A stretch of 32,000 bases of DNA from Thermodesulfobium acidiphilum (GTDB taxonomy: Bacteria > Thermodesulfobiota > Thermodesulfobiia > Thermodesulfobiales > Thermodesulfobiaceae), in the NCBI RefSeq assembly GCF_003057965.1, contig NZ_CP020921.1, positions 514,916 through 546,915 of the forward strand, given 5' to 3'. The notes below the pieces were generated by a model. It ran no database searches, was not told the DNA's origin, and was given only the letters and a program-made list of their open reading frames with translations. Positions 17,476 through 29,189 of the stretch are shown piece by piece (the stretch's first letter is position 1; every line of letters starts with the position of its first letter). A program made the position numbers and the translations under genes.

Positions 17476-18990
17476 TTGAAGATAAGGGCTGAAGAAATTA
17501 CTGATGTAATAAAAAAGCAGTTATCTAACATAAAGGCTGAGCCAGAATCTGCATTAGTTGGCACAATTATATCTGTTGGTGACGGAGTAGCAAGGATTTG
17601 GGGATTAAAAGATGCTATGATGTCTGAGCTCTTAGAATTTCCAAATGACGTTTATGGGATTGTGTTTAACCTTGAAGAAGACTCTGTTGGTGCAATTATC
17701 TTAGGTGATGACTCAAAGTTAAATGAGGGTGATACAGTTAAATCAACTGGAAGGGTTATATCGGTTCCCGTTGGTCCAGAGCTGGTAGGTAGAGTGGTCG
17801 ATGCTTTAGGAAGGCCCCTTGATGGTAAGGGACCCATCAATGCAAAGAAGTATAGGGTAATAGAAAGAGTAGCCCCTGGCGTAATTACCAGACAATCAGT
17901 AAACCAACCCGTACAAACAGGTATTAAAGCTATAGATGGCATGATTCCTATAGGTAGGGGTCAAAGAGAGCTTGTAATTGGTGATAGACAAACTGGTAAA
18001 ACAGCTATTTGTGTTGATACGATCCTTAATCAAAAAGATCAGAATATGATATGTATTTATGTAGCAATAGGCCAAAAAGCTTCAACTGTCGCAACTATTA
18101 TTAAGACATTGGAAGATAATGGTGCAATGGACTATACAATTGTTGTAGTAGCAAATGCTTCTGATGCCGCTGCTCTTCAATACATTGCGCCATTTAGCGG
18201 TTGCGCAATGGGTGAAGAATTTATGGAGCAGGGTAAGGACGCTTTAATAATCTACGATGACCTTTCTAAGCATGCATGGGCATATAGACAGGTTTCACTT
18301 CTTTTAAGAAGGCCACCTGGTCGTGAGGCTTATCCAGGTGACGTATTTTATTTGCACTCCAGGCTTCTTGAAAGAGCGGCAAAGCTCAATAAAAATTATG
18401 GGGGTGGCAGTTTAACTGCACTACCAATAATTGAAACGCAAGCAGGTGACGTTACGGCTTATATACCCACTAACGTTATTTCTATTACAGATGGTCAGAT
18501 ATACCTTGAGCCAGAACTTTTCTATGCGGGCGTTAGACCTGCTGTAAACGTAGGTCTTTCTGTTTCTCGTGTAGGTGGCTCGGCGCAAACAAAAGCTATG
18601 AAGCAAGTTGCAGGTAGATTAAGACTTGAACTAGCACAGTACCGTGAGTTAGCTGCATTTGCTCAGTTTGCTTCTGATCTTGACCCAGCTACGAAACAGG
18701 TTTTGACTCGTGGTGAAAAGCTTGTTGAGCTTTTAAAACAGCCTCAATATCTGACTTTTTCTCTTTGGAAAGAAGTGTGTTCTATATTTTCAGGAGTTCG
18801 TGGATTCCTTGATGATATTAATACTGAGGATATTCAAAGATTTGAAAAAGAACTTCTATCTTATATCGAAGCTCACAATCAGGATATTATTGAAGCAATA
18901 ACAAAAGAAAAGGCAATTTCAAAAGAGACAGAAGAAAAACTTGAGAAAGCAATCAAAGAATTCAAAGCTCTTTTTGTAGGCGGTAAATAA
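17476..18990 (+). CDS. atpA: F0F1 ATP synthase subunit alpha
   Basis: '[21 protein letters not shown]', Walker A '[15 protein letters not shown]' and '[48 protein letters not shown]'. TTG at 17476 preferred over the track start at 17455 because GGAGGTG sits at 17461-17467. Confidence 0.97.
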   Translation: MKIRAEEITDVIKKQLSNIKAEPESALVGTIISVGDGVARIWGLKDAMMSELLEFPNDVYGIVFNLEEDSVGAIILGDDSKLNEGDTVKSTGRVISVPVGPELVGRVVDALGRPLDGKGPINAKKYRVIERVAPGVITRQSVNQPVQTGIKAIDGMIPIGRGQRELVIGDRQTGKTAICVDTILNQKDQNMICIYVAIGQKASTVATIIKTLEDNGAMDYTIVVVANASDAAALQYIAPFSGCAMGEEFMEQGKDALIIYDDLSKHAWAYRQVSLLLRRPPGREAYPGDVFYLHSRLLERAAKLNKNYGGGSLTALPIIETQAGDVTAYIPTNVISITDGQIYLEPELFYAGVRPAVNVGLSVSRVGGSAQTKAMKQVAGRLRLELAQYRELAAFAQFASDLDPATKQVLTRGEKLVELLKQPQYLTFSLWKEVCSIFSGVRGFLDDINTEDIQRFEKELLSYIEAHNQDIIEAITKEKAISKETEEKLEKAIKEFKALFVGGK

Positions 18991-18991
18991 A

Positions 18992-21284
<2,293 letters not shown>

Positions 21285-21296
21285 GGGTGAATATAA

Positions 21297-21725
21297 ATGA
21301 GATTGTTAATCTTAACCCCTGAGGGTGTTGTAGTTGATGAAGAGGTAACGTTTGTTTCAGCAATGGGAGAAGAGGGCTCGCTTGGTATTATGCCCAGACA
21401 TGCACCGCTTGTTACCACTTTAAAGGTAGATGTGATAGAATTTGTTAAAGAGAATTCTGATAGAGAAGTAGTAGCTGCCATCGGAGGAATTCTCGAAGTT
21501 AAAGATAATAAAGTAACAGTTCTGTCTGATGCTGCAGAACTTGCTGTAGATATAGATGAGTTGAGGGCTAAAGAGGCTGAAAAAAGAGCGAGGGCAAGAT
21601 TAACCATGAAAACAGAAGAGGTAGATGTGAAGAGAGCAGAAGCTGCGCTTGCAAGGGCGCTTGCAAGACTTAAGGCAATCGAACTGTTGAATAGAAGAAG
21701 TGGAAGTAGGAAAAGAGGTGCATAA
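21297..21725 (+). CDS. atpC: F0F1 ATP synthase subunit epsilon
   Basis: 'LLILTPEGVVVDEEVTFVSAMGEEGSLGIMPRHAPLVTTLKV...' plus a C-terminal helical domain. Confidence 0.95.
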   Translation: MRLLILTPEGVVVDEEVTFVSAMGEEGSLGIMPRHAPLVTTLKVDVIEFVKENSDREVVAAIGGILEVKDNKVTVLSDAAELAVDIDELRAKEAEKRARARLTMKTEEVDVKRAEAALARALARLKAIELLNRRSGSRKRGA

Positions 21726-21730
21726 GGAGT

Positions 21731-23029
21731 ATTTTAGAAACGAATAATTGCAATGGAAATTTTTCTAAACAATATTATAGAATTTGTGGCGGTAATTCTT
21801 TATCAGGTTCTGTAAAAATTAGTGGTTCGAAAAATGGGTCGCTGCCTATTATGGCGGCGGCTCTATTATTCAATTCACCTGTATTTTTGTCTAATATCCC
21901 ATATTTATTGGACGTTAATACTATGGCTAAGATAATTTCCAGTCTTGGGGGCAAAGTTGATTTTAGAGGAAATTCAGAGATTTTAATTGATCCCTCGAAC
22001 GTTTCAAGATACGATCCTCCTTTGGAACCTGTTATTGCTATGAGGGCTTCTTTTTTGGTTGCAGGGGCACTTCTTGCAAGATTTGGTAGAGCAAAGGTAG
22101 CTCTTCCGGGTGGTTGTGCTATTGGTTCGAGACCTGTCGATATTCATCTTAAGGGTTTTGAGGCTCTGGGCGTAAAAAGATCAATTGAACATGGTTTTGT
22201 GAATCTTGAATGCGATAAGCTTAAAGGCGCAAATATTTATTTGTCTTATCCAAGCGTGGGTGCTACTGAAAATTTGATTATGGCATCTGTATTTGCAGAG
22301 GGTATGACAGTTATTGATAATGCTGCAAAAGAGCCGGAGATACTGGGTCTTTCTGAATTTCTAAATTTATGTGGCGCAAAAATTAGAGGGGCGGGTTCAA
22401 GGACTATTGAAATTGAGGGAGTAAAATCTCTTAAACCGATCGATAATTATACGATTATACCTGATCGTATTGAAGCTGGTACTTTAATGCTCGCGGGAGC
22501 AATAACGCGTGGCGATATCCTGGTAGAGAATATAAGCTCTGATTATTTGAGCTCAGTTATTGAAAAGATGATTGAAGCAGGCATTGAAGTTTTGCCAGAG
22601 AAAAACGGTATCAGGGTAAGATGTAATAATAGACCTAAGCCAGTAACAATAAAAACATCTCCACATCCTGGATTTCCTACAGATATGCAGGCGCAATTTA
22701 TGGCCCTTCTATCACTTGGGGAGGGTACTTCTGTTATAACAGAAATGGTTTTTGAAAATAGGTATTTGCATGCTGAGGAACTGAGCAGATTGGGCGCAGA
22801 TATCAGGGTTGATGGAAGGACTGCAGTTGTTGTAGGGGTTGATCATTTGTCTGGTGCGCCAGTAAGAGCTCTTGATTTGAGAGCGGGTGCTGCACTTGTA
22901 ATTGCTGGATTGATGGCAGAAGGTGAGACTAGAGTCTTTGGGTTGTCACATCTTAATCGTGGCTATGAAAATTTGGAAATAAAACTCAGTAACTTGGGTG
23001 CATGTATATCAAAAGAAGTTCTACCCTAA
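21731..23029 (+). CDS. murA: UDP-N-acetylglucosamine 1-carboxyvinyltransferase; start uncertain (no ATG/GTG/TTG upstream in frame), ATT 21731 used as a placeholder
   Basis: In-frame sequence upstream of the track's ATG (21851) encodes essential MurA N-terminus 'YYRICGGNSLSGSVKISGSKNGSLPIMAAALL' (active-site Lys-Asn). Downstream 'VALPGGCAIGSRPVDIHLKGFEALG' has the catalytic Cys, and 'GFPTDMQAQFMALLSL'. Confidence 0.88.
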   Translation: MLETNNCNGNFSKQYYRICGGNSLSGSVKISGSKNGSLPIMAAALLFNSPVFLSNIPYLLDVNTMAKIISSLGGKVDFRGNSEILIDPSNVSRYDPPLEPVIAMRASFLVAGALLARFGRAKVALPGGCAIGSRPVDIHLKGFEALGVKRSIEHGFVNLECDKLKGANIYLSYPSVGATENLIMASVFAEGMTVIDNAAKEPEILGLSEFLNLCGAKIRGAGSRTIEIEGVKSLKPIDNYTIIPDRIEAGTLMLAGAITRGDILVENISSDYLSSVIEKMIEAGIEVLPEKNGIRVRCNNRPKPVTIKTSPHPGFPTDMQAQFMALLSLGEGTSVITEMVFENRYLHAEELSRLGADIRVDGRTAVVVGVDHLSGAPVRALDLRAGAALVIAGLMAEGETRVFGLSHLNRGYENLEIKLSNLGACISKEVLP

Positions 23030-23041
23030 TTCGAGGTGAGT

Positions 23042-24112
23042 ATGAAAAGAGTTTGGATAAAAAATACTATTTCTTTTTATGAGAAATTGATAAATTCCTT
23101 TTTGTTTTCTACAAAAATCCTTTTTTATGCTTTTTTTGTTTTTTGTATATTGTTTTTTTATCAAAATAATTCTTATGCTTTTACTGAGAACGAATATGTT
23201 ATTAATAATGCACATTTATATGTGTTTAAATTTAATCCAAAAGAAGTTCGAATAATACCTTACTTAAATGATTATCCCATTAGAGCAATAGACGTGGTTA
23301 ACTACTATAACCCCTTTTTACTTGTAAACGGAACGTTTTTTTATTCTAATAAGCTTTTAGGTGCTCTATACATGCATGGTGAACCTCAGTCATATATGGG
23401 CGATAATAGAGCAACATTTTTTTATTATAAGAATAATACTGCAAGTATAAATTATTTAAAATATAGAGTGAAGCTCAATATTTGTAGTTCTTCTTCAAAA
23501 TGCAAGGTATTATACCTTGATGGGATAAATAGACCACAAAATTATTACGAAAACATATTGTATACGAATGGATATTTAAGGCCCGTTTTACCCACTTCAG
23601 GCATATTAATAAAAATAAATGAGGATGGTACTTTCGAATATTTGTATACTAGAAGTGCATTGCCAACTAAAGGAGGATATATATTATTAGCCAATCATGA
23701 CTTGGACGTATTAAATAACCTTGTGCCTACAGATACAATTAGAGTAAGTGTAGAACCAATAATAAATAGTAATTTGGATTTCTATATTTCTGGTGGTCCT
23801 ATGTTGCTTTATAATGGGCAAAATATTGCCATTCAATCATCTGAAAAAGAATATATAGCAAATGATATTAAGATAGGAAATCGCATGAGAACTGGTTTGG
23901 GAATTGATGCATCATCTAATATTTATGTTTTTTCTGTTTCTTGGCCAGGTTGTACTTTGAATGAGCTTGCAAACTCTTTGGAAAAACTTGGCTTAAAAGA
24001 GGCCATGCTTTTGGATGGTGGATATTCTTCTGTACTTTATGCCAAAAATAGATTTTTGGTTGGGAGTGAAGCAAGGGCGAATATTTCTTATTTGATGTTT
24101 TTTACGAATTAG
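23042..24112 (+). CDS. Phosphodiester glycosidase (NAGPA-domain) family secreted or anchored protein
   Basis: N-terminal hydrophobic segment 'ILFYAFFVFCILFFYQNNSYA'; NAGPA-like 'FYISGGPMLLYNGQ', 'GNRMRTGLGIDASSNIYVFSVSWPGCTLNELANSLEKLGLKEAMLLDGGYSSVLYA'. Confidence 0.8.
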   Translation: MKRVWIKNTISFYEKLINSFLFSTKILFYAFFVFCILFFYQNNSYAFTENEYVINNAHLYVFKFNPKEVRIIPYLNDYPIRAIDVVNYYNPFLLVNGTFFYSNKLLGALYMHGEPQSYMGDNRATFFYYKNNTASINYLKYRVKLNICSSSSKCKVLYLDGINRPQNYYENILYTNGYLRPVLPTSGILIKINEDGTFEYLYTRSALPTKGGYILLANHDLDVLNNLVPTDTIRVSVEPIINSNLDFYISGGPMLLYNGQNIAIQSSEKEYIANDIKIGNRMRTGLGIDASSNIYVFSVSWPGCTLNELANSLEKLGLKEAMLLDGGYSSVLYAKNRFLVGSEARANISYLMFFTN

Positions 24113-24168
24113 TTTGTATAATATATTTATTGAGTTTTATATTCTTAAAATACAAAGGGGTAGAAAAG

Positions 24169-25569
24169 TTGAATATAAAATTTGGAACTGATGGTTGGAG
24201 AGCAAAAATTGCTCAGGATTATACTTTTGAAAATCTTGAAAAAGTATCATTGGCATTAGCAATTACCTTAGAAGAAGAAAATCCCTTAAATAAAACTTGT
24301 GTTATTGGTTATGATACAAGGTTTTTCTCAGAAGATTTTGCAAAACACGTTGCTGAAATCTTGTCAGGTGTAGGTTTTGACGTAATAATTTCTGATAATT
24401 TTATCCCAACTCCTACACTTGCATTTTCTGTTAAAGACAAGGCATGTGCGGTGGGCATAATGATAACTGCAAGTCATAATCCGTATAATTATAATGGCTT
24501 TAAAATAAAGCAAAGCTTTGGCGGTTCTGCATCTAAAGATTTCACATCAAAGGTCGAATCCAATCTGGGAAAAATTAAAACTTATAGATTTAGCAATGAA
24601 AAGAAGAAAATTAGAGTGCAAAATCTTTTTGAAAATTATAAAAATTCTCTATTAAAATTTATTGATATCAATGCCATTAAAGAGTCAGGCATTAAAGTTG
24701 CTGTTGATTGCATGAATGGTGCAGGTTCGGGGTATCTTTCAAAACTTTTATCTAATCTAAATATAAATGTATTTCCTGTAAGAAATGAAAAAGACCCATA
24801 CTTTAATGGGTCGAGACCTGAGCCAATTCCTCAACTTTTGGGTCCACTTTCGTATGAAGTTTTTTCTAAATCATTAAATTTAGGTACAGCTCTTGACGGT
24901 GATGGAGATAGGGTGGCATCTTGCGATGCTTCTGGTACTGTTTTTACATCTCAACAAACCTATGCTTTATTGCTCAATCATTTGGTTACAAATAGAAAGC
25001 TGAAAGGAAAAGTTCTCAAGAATTTTGCCGTGAGCGTTTTGGTTGATAAATTATGTAAGCACTACAATATAGAATTTGAAATATTGCCAGTTGGCTTTAA
25101 ATATATTTGTTCTAAGATGATTAGCGAAGGCAATATCTTAATGGGGGGAGAAGAGAGTGGAGGCTTTGGTTTTCTTGGGCACATTCCGGATAGAGATGGT
25201 TTTTTGTCTTCTCTTTATTTGATCGAATCTGTTGTTGTTACAAAGAAATCTTTAATGGAACAACTTGATGAGATATATGATAAAGTTGGTTTTTTTGAAT
25301 ATGATAGATACGATCTAAAATTAGAAATTTCAGTCGAAGAGGTAAGAAAGAGAATTAAAGATCTAATTGAAAATCCGGCAAAGAAGATTAATGATAAAAA
25401 AGTTTTTGAAATTTCTACTATTGATGGAATTAAATATATTTTAGAAGATGAAAGTTGGCTTTTGATAAGGCCATCTGGAACTGAGCCTGTGATTAGAATC
25501 TACGCAGAAGGGAAAAGCATCTACGAAGTTAAAGCTTTAATCAGGTTTGGTACAAAACTTTTTCAATGA
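24169..25569 (+). CDS. Phosphoglucomutase/phosphomannomutase family protein (alpha-D-phosphohexomutase)
   Basis: 'KFGTDGWRAKIAQDYTFENL', phosphoserine loop 'GIMITASHNPYNYNGFKI', metal loop 'TALDGDGDRVA', 'GGEESGGFGF', 'RPSGTEPVIRIYAE'. TTG 24169 fits the protein N-terminus better than the track start at 24130. Confidence 0.93.
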   Translation: MNIKFGTDGWRAKIAQDYTFENLEKVSLALAITLEEENPLNKTCVIGYDTRFFSEDFAKHVAEILSGVGFDVIISDNFIPTPTLAFSVKDKACAVGIMITASHNPYNYNGFKIKQSFGGSASKDFTSKVESNLGKIKTYRFSNEKKKIRVQNLFENYKNSLLKFIDINAIKESGIKVAVDCMNGAGSGYLSKLLSNLNINVFPVRNEKDPYFNGSRPEPIPQLLGPLSYEVFSKSLNLGTALDGDGDRVASCDASGTVFTSQQTYALLLNHLVTNRKLKGKVLKNFAVSVLVDKLCKHYNIEFEILPVGFKYICSKMISEGNILMGGEESGGFGFLGHIPDRDGFLSSLYLIESVVVTKKSLMEQLDEIYDKVGFFEYDRYDLKLEISVEEVRKRIKDLIENPAKKINDKKVFEISTIDGIKYILEDESWLLIRPSGTEPVIRIYAEGKSIYEVKALIRFGTKLFQ

Positions 25570-25585
25570 AATTAAACTAGGAAAA

Positions 25586-27259
25586 CTATTTAATATTTAG
25601 CGCAATGGCCTGTACAAAAATAGCTGGGTATTTCCTATATTGACTGAAAACTAATTCTTTTATTGAATTAGAGATTTTATCTTCAAGTTTTTGAGTATTT
25701 TCTATTTTTGGACTCTTTAAAAAGAAAGAATATATTGCCGATTCAATTTCTTTTTGAATAATATTATCATGATTTTTCAAACCTAATGTCTTTATTCTTG
25801 GTTCGGCTAATATTTTGAACCTTTCTGGATCAAATGTTAATGATATCAAAATTAACCCTTCTTCTAATAATTTTTTTCTTTCAAGGAAAGAACTTTTATT
25901 AAATTCAATTATTTCTGAACCGCTTGCAATCATATTTCTAATTGCGATTTCATCAACTATTTTAACTTCTCCATTATTCAACTCAACGACTGCTCCATTT
26001 TTTGCCAATATGATATTTTTTTCAGAGTAATTAAGATTTTGGGCAAGATCAGAAAAATGCTTCATATGTCTAAATTCGCCGTGAAATGGTAAGAGATTTT
26101 TTGGTTTTACTAAATTTATGAGGAGCTTTATATCTTCTTTAGAACCGTGTCCTGATACATGCACCTTGTGATTTGGTTCGTATAAAACTTCAGCTCCCAA
26201 CTTAAATAGTTTATTTATGGTCTTGTTGACGAGAGTTTCATTGCCTGGAATTGGTGATGCTGAAATAATAACAGTGTCATTTGGAAAGATTTTAACGTCT
26301 TTATGATTGTTATTTGCTATTCTTGTTAGAACTGAAAGAGGTTCACCTTGACTTCCTGTTGTGATTATTGTGGTTTTTTCAAGTGGCTGATTTTTCAATT
26401 CATGCTGCTTTAACTGAAACTCTTCAGGAAAGGATAAATACCCTAGTTCTTTTGCTATTGATACAGTATTTACCATGCTTTTACCAAGAATACAAAATTT
26501 TCTGTCAAAAGCGATTGACGCGTTAATTGCTTGTTGTACTCTATGGATATTTGAAGCAAAAGTTGTAAGAATTATTCTTCCATTTACTTTCCTGAATACA
26601 TCAAAAAATTTTTCTCCTACTACCCTTTCAGATGGTGTAAAACCTTCTCTCTCAACGTTTGTAATGTCAAGTATCAGGAGGTCTATGCCCTTTGAACTAA
26701 TTGATACTAGTTTGCTGTATTCTGTTGTTTTTCTATCTATTGGAGTTTGATCGAATTTGAAATCGCCAGAATGAATTATTGTTCCATGTGGGGTATGAAT
26801 AGCATATCCTACTCCGTCAGGAATACTATGGTTGACGTGAAAGGATTCAACAAACATATCGTCAACAAAAATAATTTCATTTGAATTAATTTCATGAAAA
26901 GTTATATCCTTTGGGGATATTTTATAATCTCTTAACTTTGCCCTTACCATTCCGAGAGTTAATTTGGTTCCGTATATAGGTATGTTTACTTTTTTTAAAA
27001 GAAATGGAATTGCACCAATATGATCTTCATGCCCATGTGTGATGAAGAGGGCCTTTACCTTATCTTTTTTTTCAATTACGTATTGGAAATCAGCCGTTAA
27101 AAGAGAGGATTCGAAACTTGGATCGGGGAATTTTATTCCACAATCAAGTACAATAAGAGACCTTTCGCTTTCAAAAAGTGTCATATTTCTTCCAATTTCT
27201 TCGATTCCACCTAGTGGTATAATCTTGATGGGTGAGCTTTTTTTAGTAAAATTAAAAAT
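25586..27259 (-). CDS. rnj: Ribonuclease J; apparent ATT start codon at 27259-27257
   Basis: Upstream of the track's ATG the frame encodes 'IFNFTKKSSPIKIIPLGGIEEIGRN-MTLFESERSLIVLDCGIKFPD', a canonical RNase J N-terminus. Metallo-beta-lactamase motif 'ITHGHEDHIGAIPFLL', 'HSGDFKFDQTP', 'GSQGEP', 'HVSGHG'. AGGAGG (plus 27266-27271) lies 6 nt upstream of ATT. Confidence 0.9.
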   Translation of the reverse strand: MFNFTKKSSPIKIIPLGGIEEIGRNMTLFESERSLIVLDCGIKFPDPSFESSLLTADFQYVIEKKDKVKALFITHGHEDHIGAIPFLLKKVNIPIYGTKLTLGMVRAKLRDYKISPKDITFHEINSNEIIFVDDMFVESFHVNHSIPDGVGYAIHTPHGTIIHSGDFKFDQTPIDRKTTEYSKLVSISSKGIDLLILDITNVEREGFTPSERVVGEKFFDVFRKVNGRIILTTFASNIHRVQQAINASIAFDRKFCILGKSMVNTVSIAKELGYLSFPEEFQLKQHELKNQPLEKTTIITTGSQGEPLSVLTRIANNNHKDVKIFPNDTVIISASPIPGNETLVNKTINKLFKLGAEVLYEPNHKVHVSGHGSKEDIKLLINLVKPKNLLPFHGEFRHMKHFSDLAQNLNYSEKNIILAKNGAVVELNNGEVKIVDEIAIRNMIASGSEIIEFNKSSFLERKKLLEEGLILISLTFDPERFKILAEPRIKTLGLKNHDNIIQKEIESAIYSFFLKSPKIENTQKLEDKISNSIKELVFSQYRKYPAIFVQAIALNIK

Positions 27260-27289
27260 GTATTTCCTCCTGTTAAATTTTAACTATTA

Positions 27290-27298
27290 TGATATAAT
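27290..27298 (+). promoter_or_regulatory. Candidate extended -10 promoter for the rimP-nusA-infB operon
   Basis: TGaTATAAT at 27290-27298 (TG-N-TATAAT), about 100 bp upstream of rimP in the divergent rnj/rimP region; no good -35. Confidence 0.45.
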
Positions 27299-27343
27299 AT
27301 TTTCAAATAAGATATTTTATTATAACATTTTAAGTTCTTAGTT

Positions 27344-27365
27344 AGAGTGGGTAATTACCCACTCT
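27344..27365 (+). repeat. Perfect 22-bp palindrome / leader hairpin upstream of rimP
   Basis: AGAGTGGGTAATTACCCACTCT, arms fully self-complementary, followed by the T-rich TTATGTTTTTAAAA. Confidence 0.8.
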
Positions 27366-27398
27366 TTATGTTTTTAAAACCTGAAAGGAAGAAATTTT

Positions 27399-27878
27399 TT
27401 GAGATCGAAAGACATTAAAGAAAAACTACTTAATATAGTTGAAAAAGTATTGTTAGACATAGGATTTGAGCTCTATGATCTAGAATACTTTAAACAAGGC
27501 AAGAGATGGATATTAAGGGTATTCATCGATAACGTTGAAAAACCCGTTTCTCTTGATGATTGTGAGTTAGTATCAAAAAAATTAAGTGTTGTTTTGGATT
27601 ACTATGACATAATTCCTGAGAGTTTTTATCTTGAGGTATCTTCTCCAGGAATAGAAAGAAAATTAAAAAAAGATTCTGATTTTGTTAGATTCAAAGGAGA
27701 AGAAATAATAGTAACGTTCCAAAAACAAAATATCAATCCTATTATTGGTATACTTGAAGGAATTGATAGTGATGGTAATTATATTTTTGTAAACACTGAA
27801 AAATCTAAAGAAAAGATAAACCGAAATGATATAAAAGAAGTTAGAATACATTTCAGGTTTAAGGGAGATAAGCAATGA
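27399..27878 (+). CDS. rimP: Ribosome maturation factor RimP
   Basis: 'GFELYDLEYFKQGKRWILRVFIDNVEKPVSLDDCELVSKKLSVVLDYYDIIPESFYLEVSSPGIERKLKKDSDF'; immediately upstream of nusA. Confidence 0.95.
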   Translation: MRSKDIKEKLLNIVEKVLLDIGFELYDLEYFKQGKRWILRVFIDNVEKPVSLDDCELVSKKLSVVLDYYDIIPESFYLEVSSPGIERKLKKDSDFVRFKGEEIIVTFQKQNINPIIGILEGIDSDGNYIFVNTEKSKEKINRNDIKEVRIHFRFKGDKQ

Positions 27879-28903
27879 AAATAGATTTACATGTACTTGA
27901 ACAGTTAGAAAAAGAAAAGGGTGTTTCTTTGCCTGCTATGGTATCTGCTTTGGAATCGGCTCTTTTAGCTTCATATAAAAAATATTATCCATCAAAGAAT
28001 GTTACTTTAAAAATAATTCCTGACAGTGGAGTTTTAGAAATAGTAGTTAAAAAAACTGTTGTTGATAAAGTTAATAACATCTTTGATGAAATATCCCTTG
28101 CACAAGCTAGGGAGATCGATCCTAAAATTAATATTGGCGAAACTATAGAAGTACAGGTAGATCCTAAAAATTTTGGTAGAATTGCTGCTTTAACAGCGAA
28201 ACAAGTTTGGCAACAAAAAATAAAAGAAGCCGAAAGAGATGCTGTTTATGAAGAATTTAAAGATAGGGTCTTTGGCGTTATTTCTGGAAAGATTTTAAGG
28301 TCTGAAGGAAAGAATTGGATAGTACAGCTTGGAAGAGCTGAAGGGATATTGCCTCAAAAAGAAACAGTTTTTCAAGACAAATATAGCATTAACGAAAGAT
28401 ACGTTTTTTACGTTTTATCGGTTAAAAAGCAGAAAAAAGACGTTGAAATAATTTTATCTAGAAGTCATCCAAATCTGGTTAAAAGGATATTTGAGCTTGA
28501 ATCGGCTGAAATTAGATCTGGTATTGTAGAGATAGTGTCAATAGCTAGAGATCCTGGTAGTAGAACTAAAATAGCAGTTTTATCACGGGATCCTCATGTT
28601 GATCCATTAGGAGTTTGCTTGGGATTGAGGAATTCCAGGATACAAAATGTCACAAGAGAGCTTAGGGGAGAAAAAATTGATGTAATTTTATACAATCCAG
28701 ATCCAAAAATTTATATAGCAAGTGCCCTTTCCCCTGCTAAAATTAGAAGGGTAGAAATATTGGATCAGGTTAAAAAAGAATCAAGAGTATATGTCGATAA
28801 ATCACAGCTTTCTTTGGCAATTGGAAAAGATGCGCAAAATGTAAGATTAGCACATAAATTAACTGGTTATAAAATTGATATTAAAATAGAAGAACAGCTT
28901 TAG
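27875..28903 (+). CDS. nusA: Transcription termination/antitermination protein NusA
   Basis: N-terminal 'LPAMVSALESALLASYKKYY', S1 'VFGVISGKILRSEGKNWIVQLGRAEGILPQKETV', KH 'RDPGSRTKIAVLSRDPHVDPLGVCLG' and 'SQLSLAIGKDAQNVRLAHKLTGYKIDI'. Confidence 0.96.
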   Translation: MKIDLHVLEQLEKEKGVSLPAMVSALESALLASYKKYYPSKNVTLKIIPDSGVLEIVVKKTVVDKVNNIFDEISLAQAREIDPKINIGETIEVQVDPKNFGRIAALTAKQVWQQKIKEAERDAVYEEFKDRVFGVISGKILRSEGKNWIVQLGRAEGILPQKETVFQDKYSINERYVFYVLSVKKQKKDVEIILSRSHPNLVKRIFELESAEIRSGIVEIVSIARDPGSRTKIAVLSRDPHVDPLGVCLGLRNSRIQNVTRELRGEKIDVILYNPDPKIYIASALSPAKIRRVEILDQVKKESRVYVDKSQLSLAIGKDAQNVRLAHKLTGYKIDIKIEEQL

Positions 28904-28904
28904 T

Positions 28905-29189
28905 ATGATTAAAGAACATAGAAAGTGTATTTTTTGCGGAAGAATTCTTCCAAAAAAAGATATGATTAGAGTTGCAAAGGTTAAAGATAAAGGTTTAATT
29001 GTGGATTATGAAAAGAAAAATATTGGAAGAGGCTGTTATATTTGTTTCTCATGTATAAGTTCTAGTAATTTTAAGAAAAAAAACATAATTGCAAGATCTC
29101 TTAAAACAAATGTAGACACAAAGATCTATAATGAAATTGAAAGATATTTTAAAAATATAATAATACAAAGTCGAGGAGGTGAGCGCTGA
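28905..29189 (+). CDS. YlxR family (DUF448) RNA-binding protein
   Basis: 'HRKCIFCGRILPKKDMIRVAKVKDKGLIVDYEKKNIGRGCYICFSC'; between nusA and infB. Confidence 0.88.
   Translation: MIKEHRKCIFCGRILPKKDMIRVAKVKDKGLIVDYEKKNIGRGCYICFSCISSSNFKKKNIIARSLKTNVDTKIYNEIERYFKNIIIQSRGGER

Noticed and set aside
17652-17942. Antisense ORF in atpA (also 16410..16754, 16927..17262, 19973..20215, 20252..20443 and 21281..21607 in the ATP operon)
   Set aside because: All antisense to conserved ATP synthase genes, with no domain support or credible RBS; typical shadow ORFs.
23021-23215. Minus-strand ORF over the murA/glycosidase junction
   Set aside because: Overlaps the 5' end of a gene with a good start; Lys/Ile/Phe-rich noise in AT-rich DNA.
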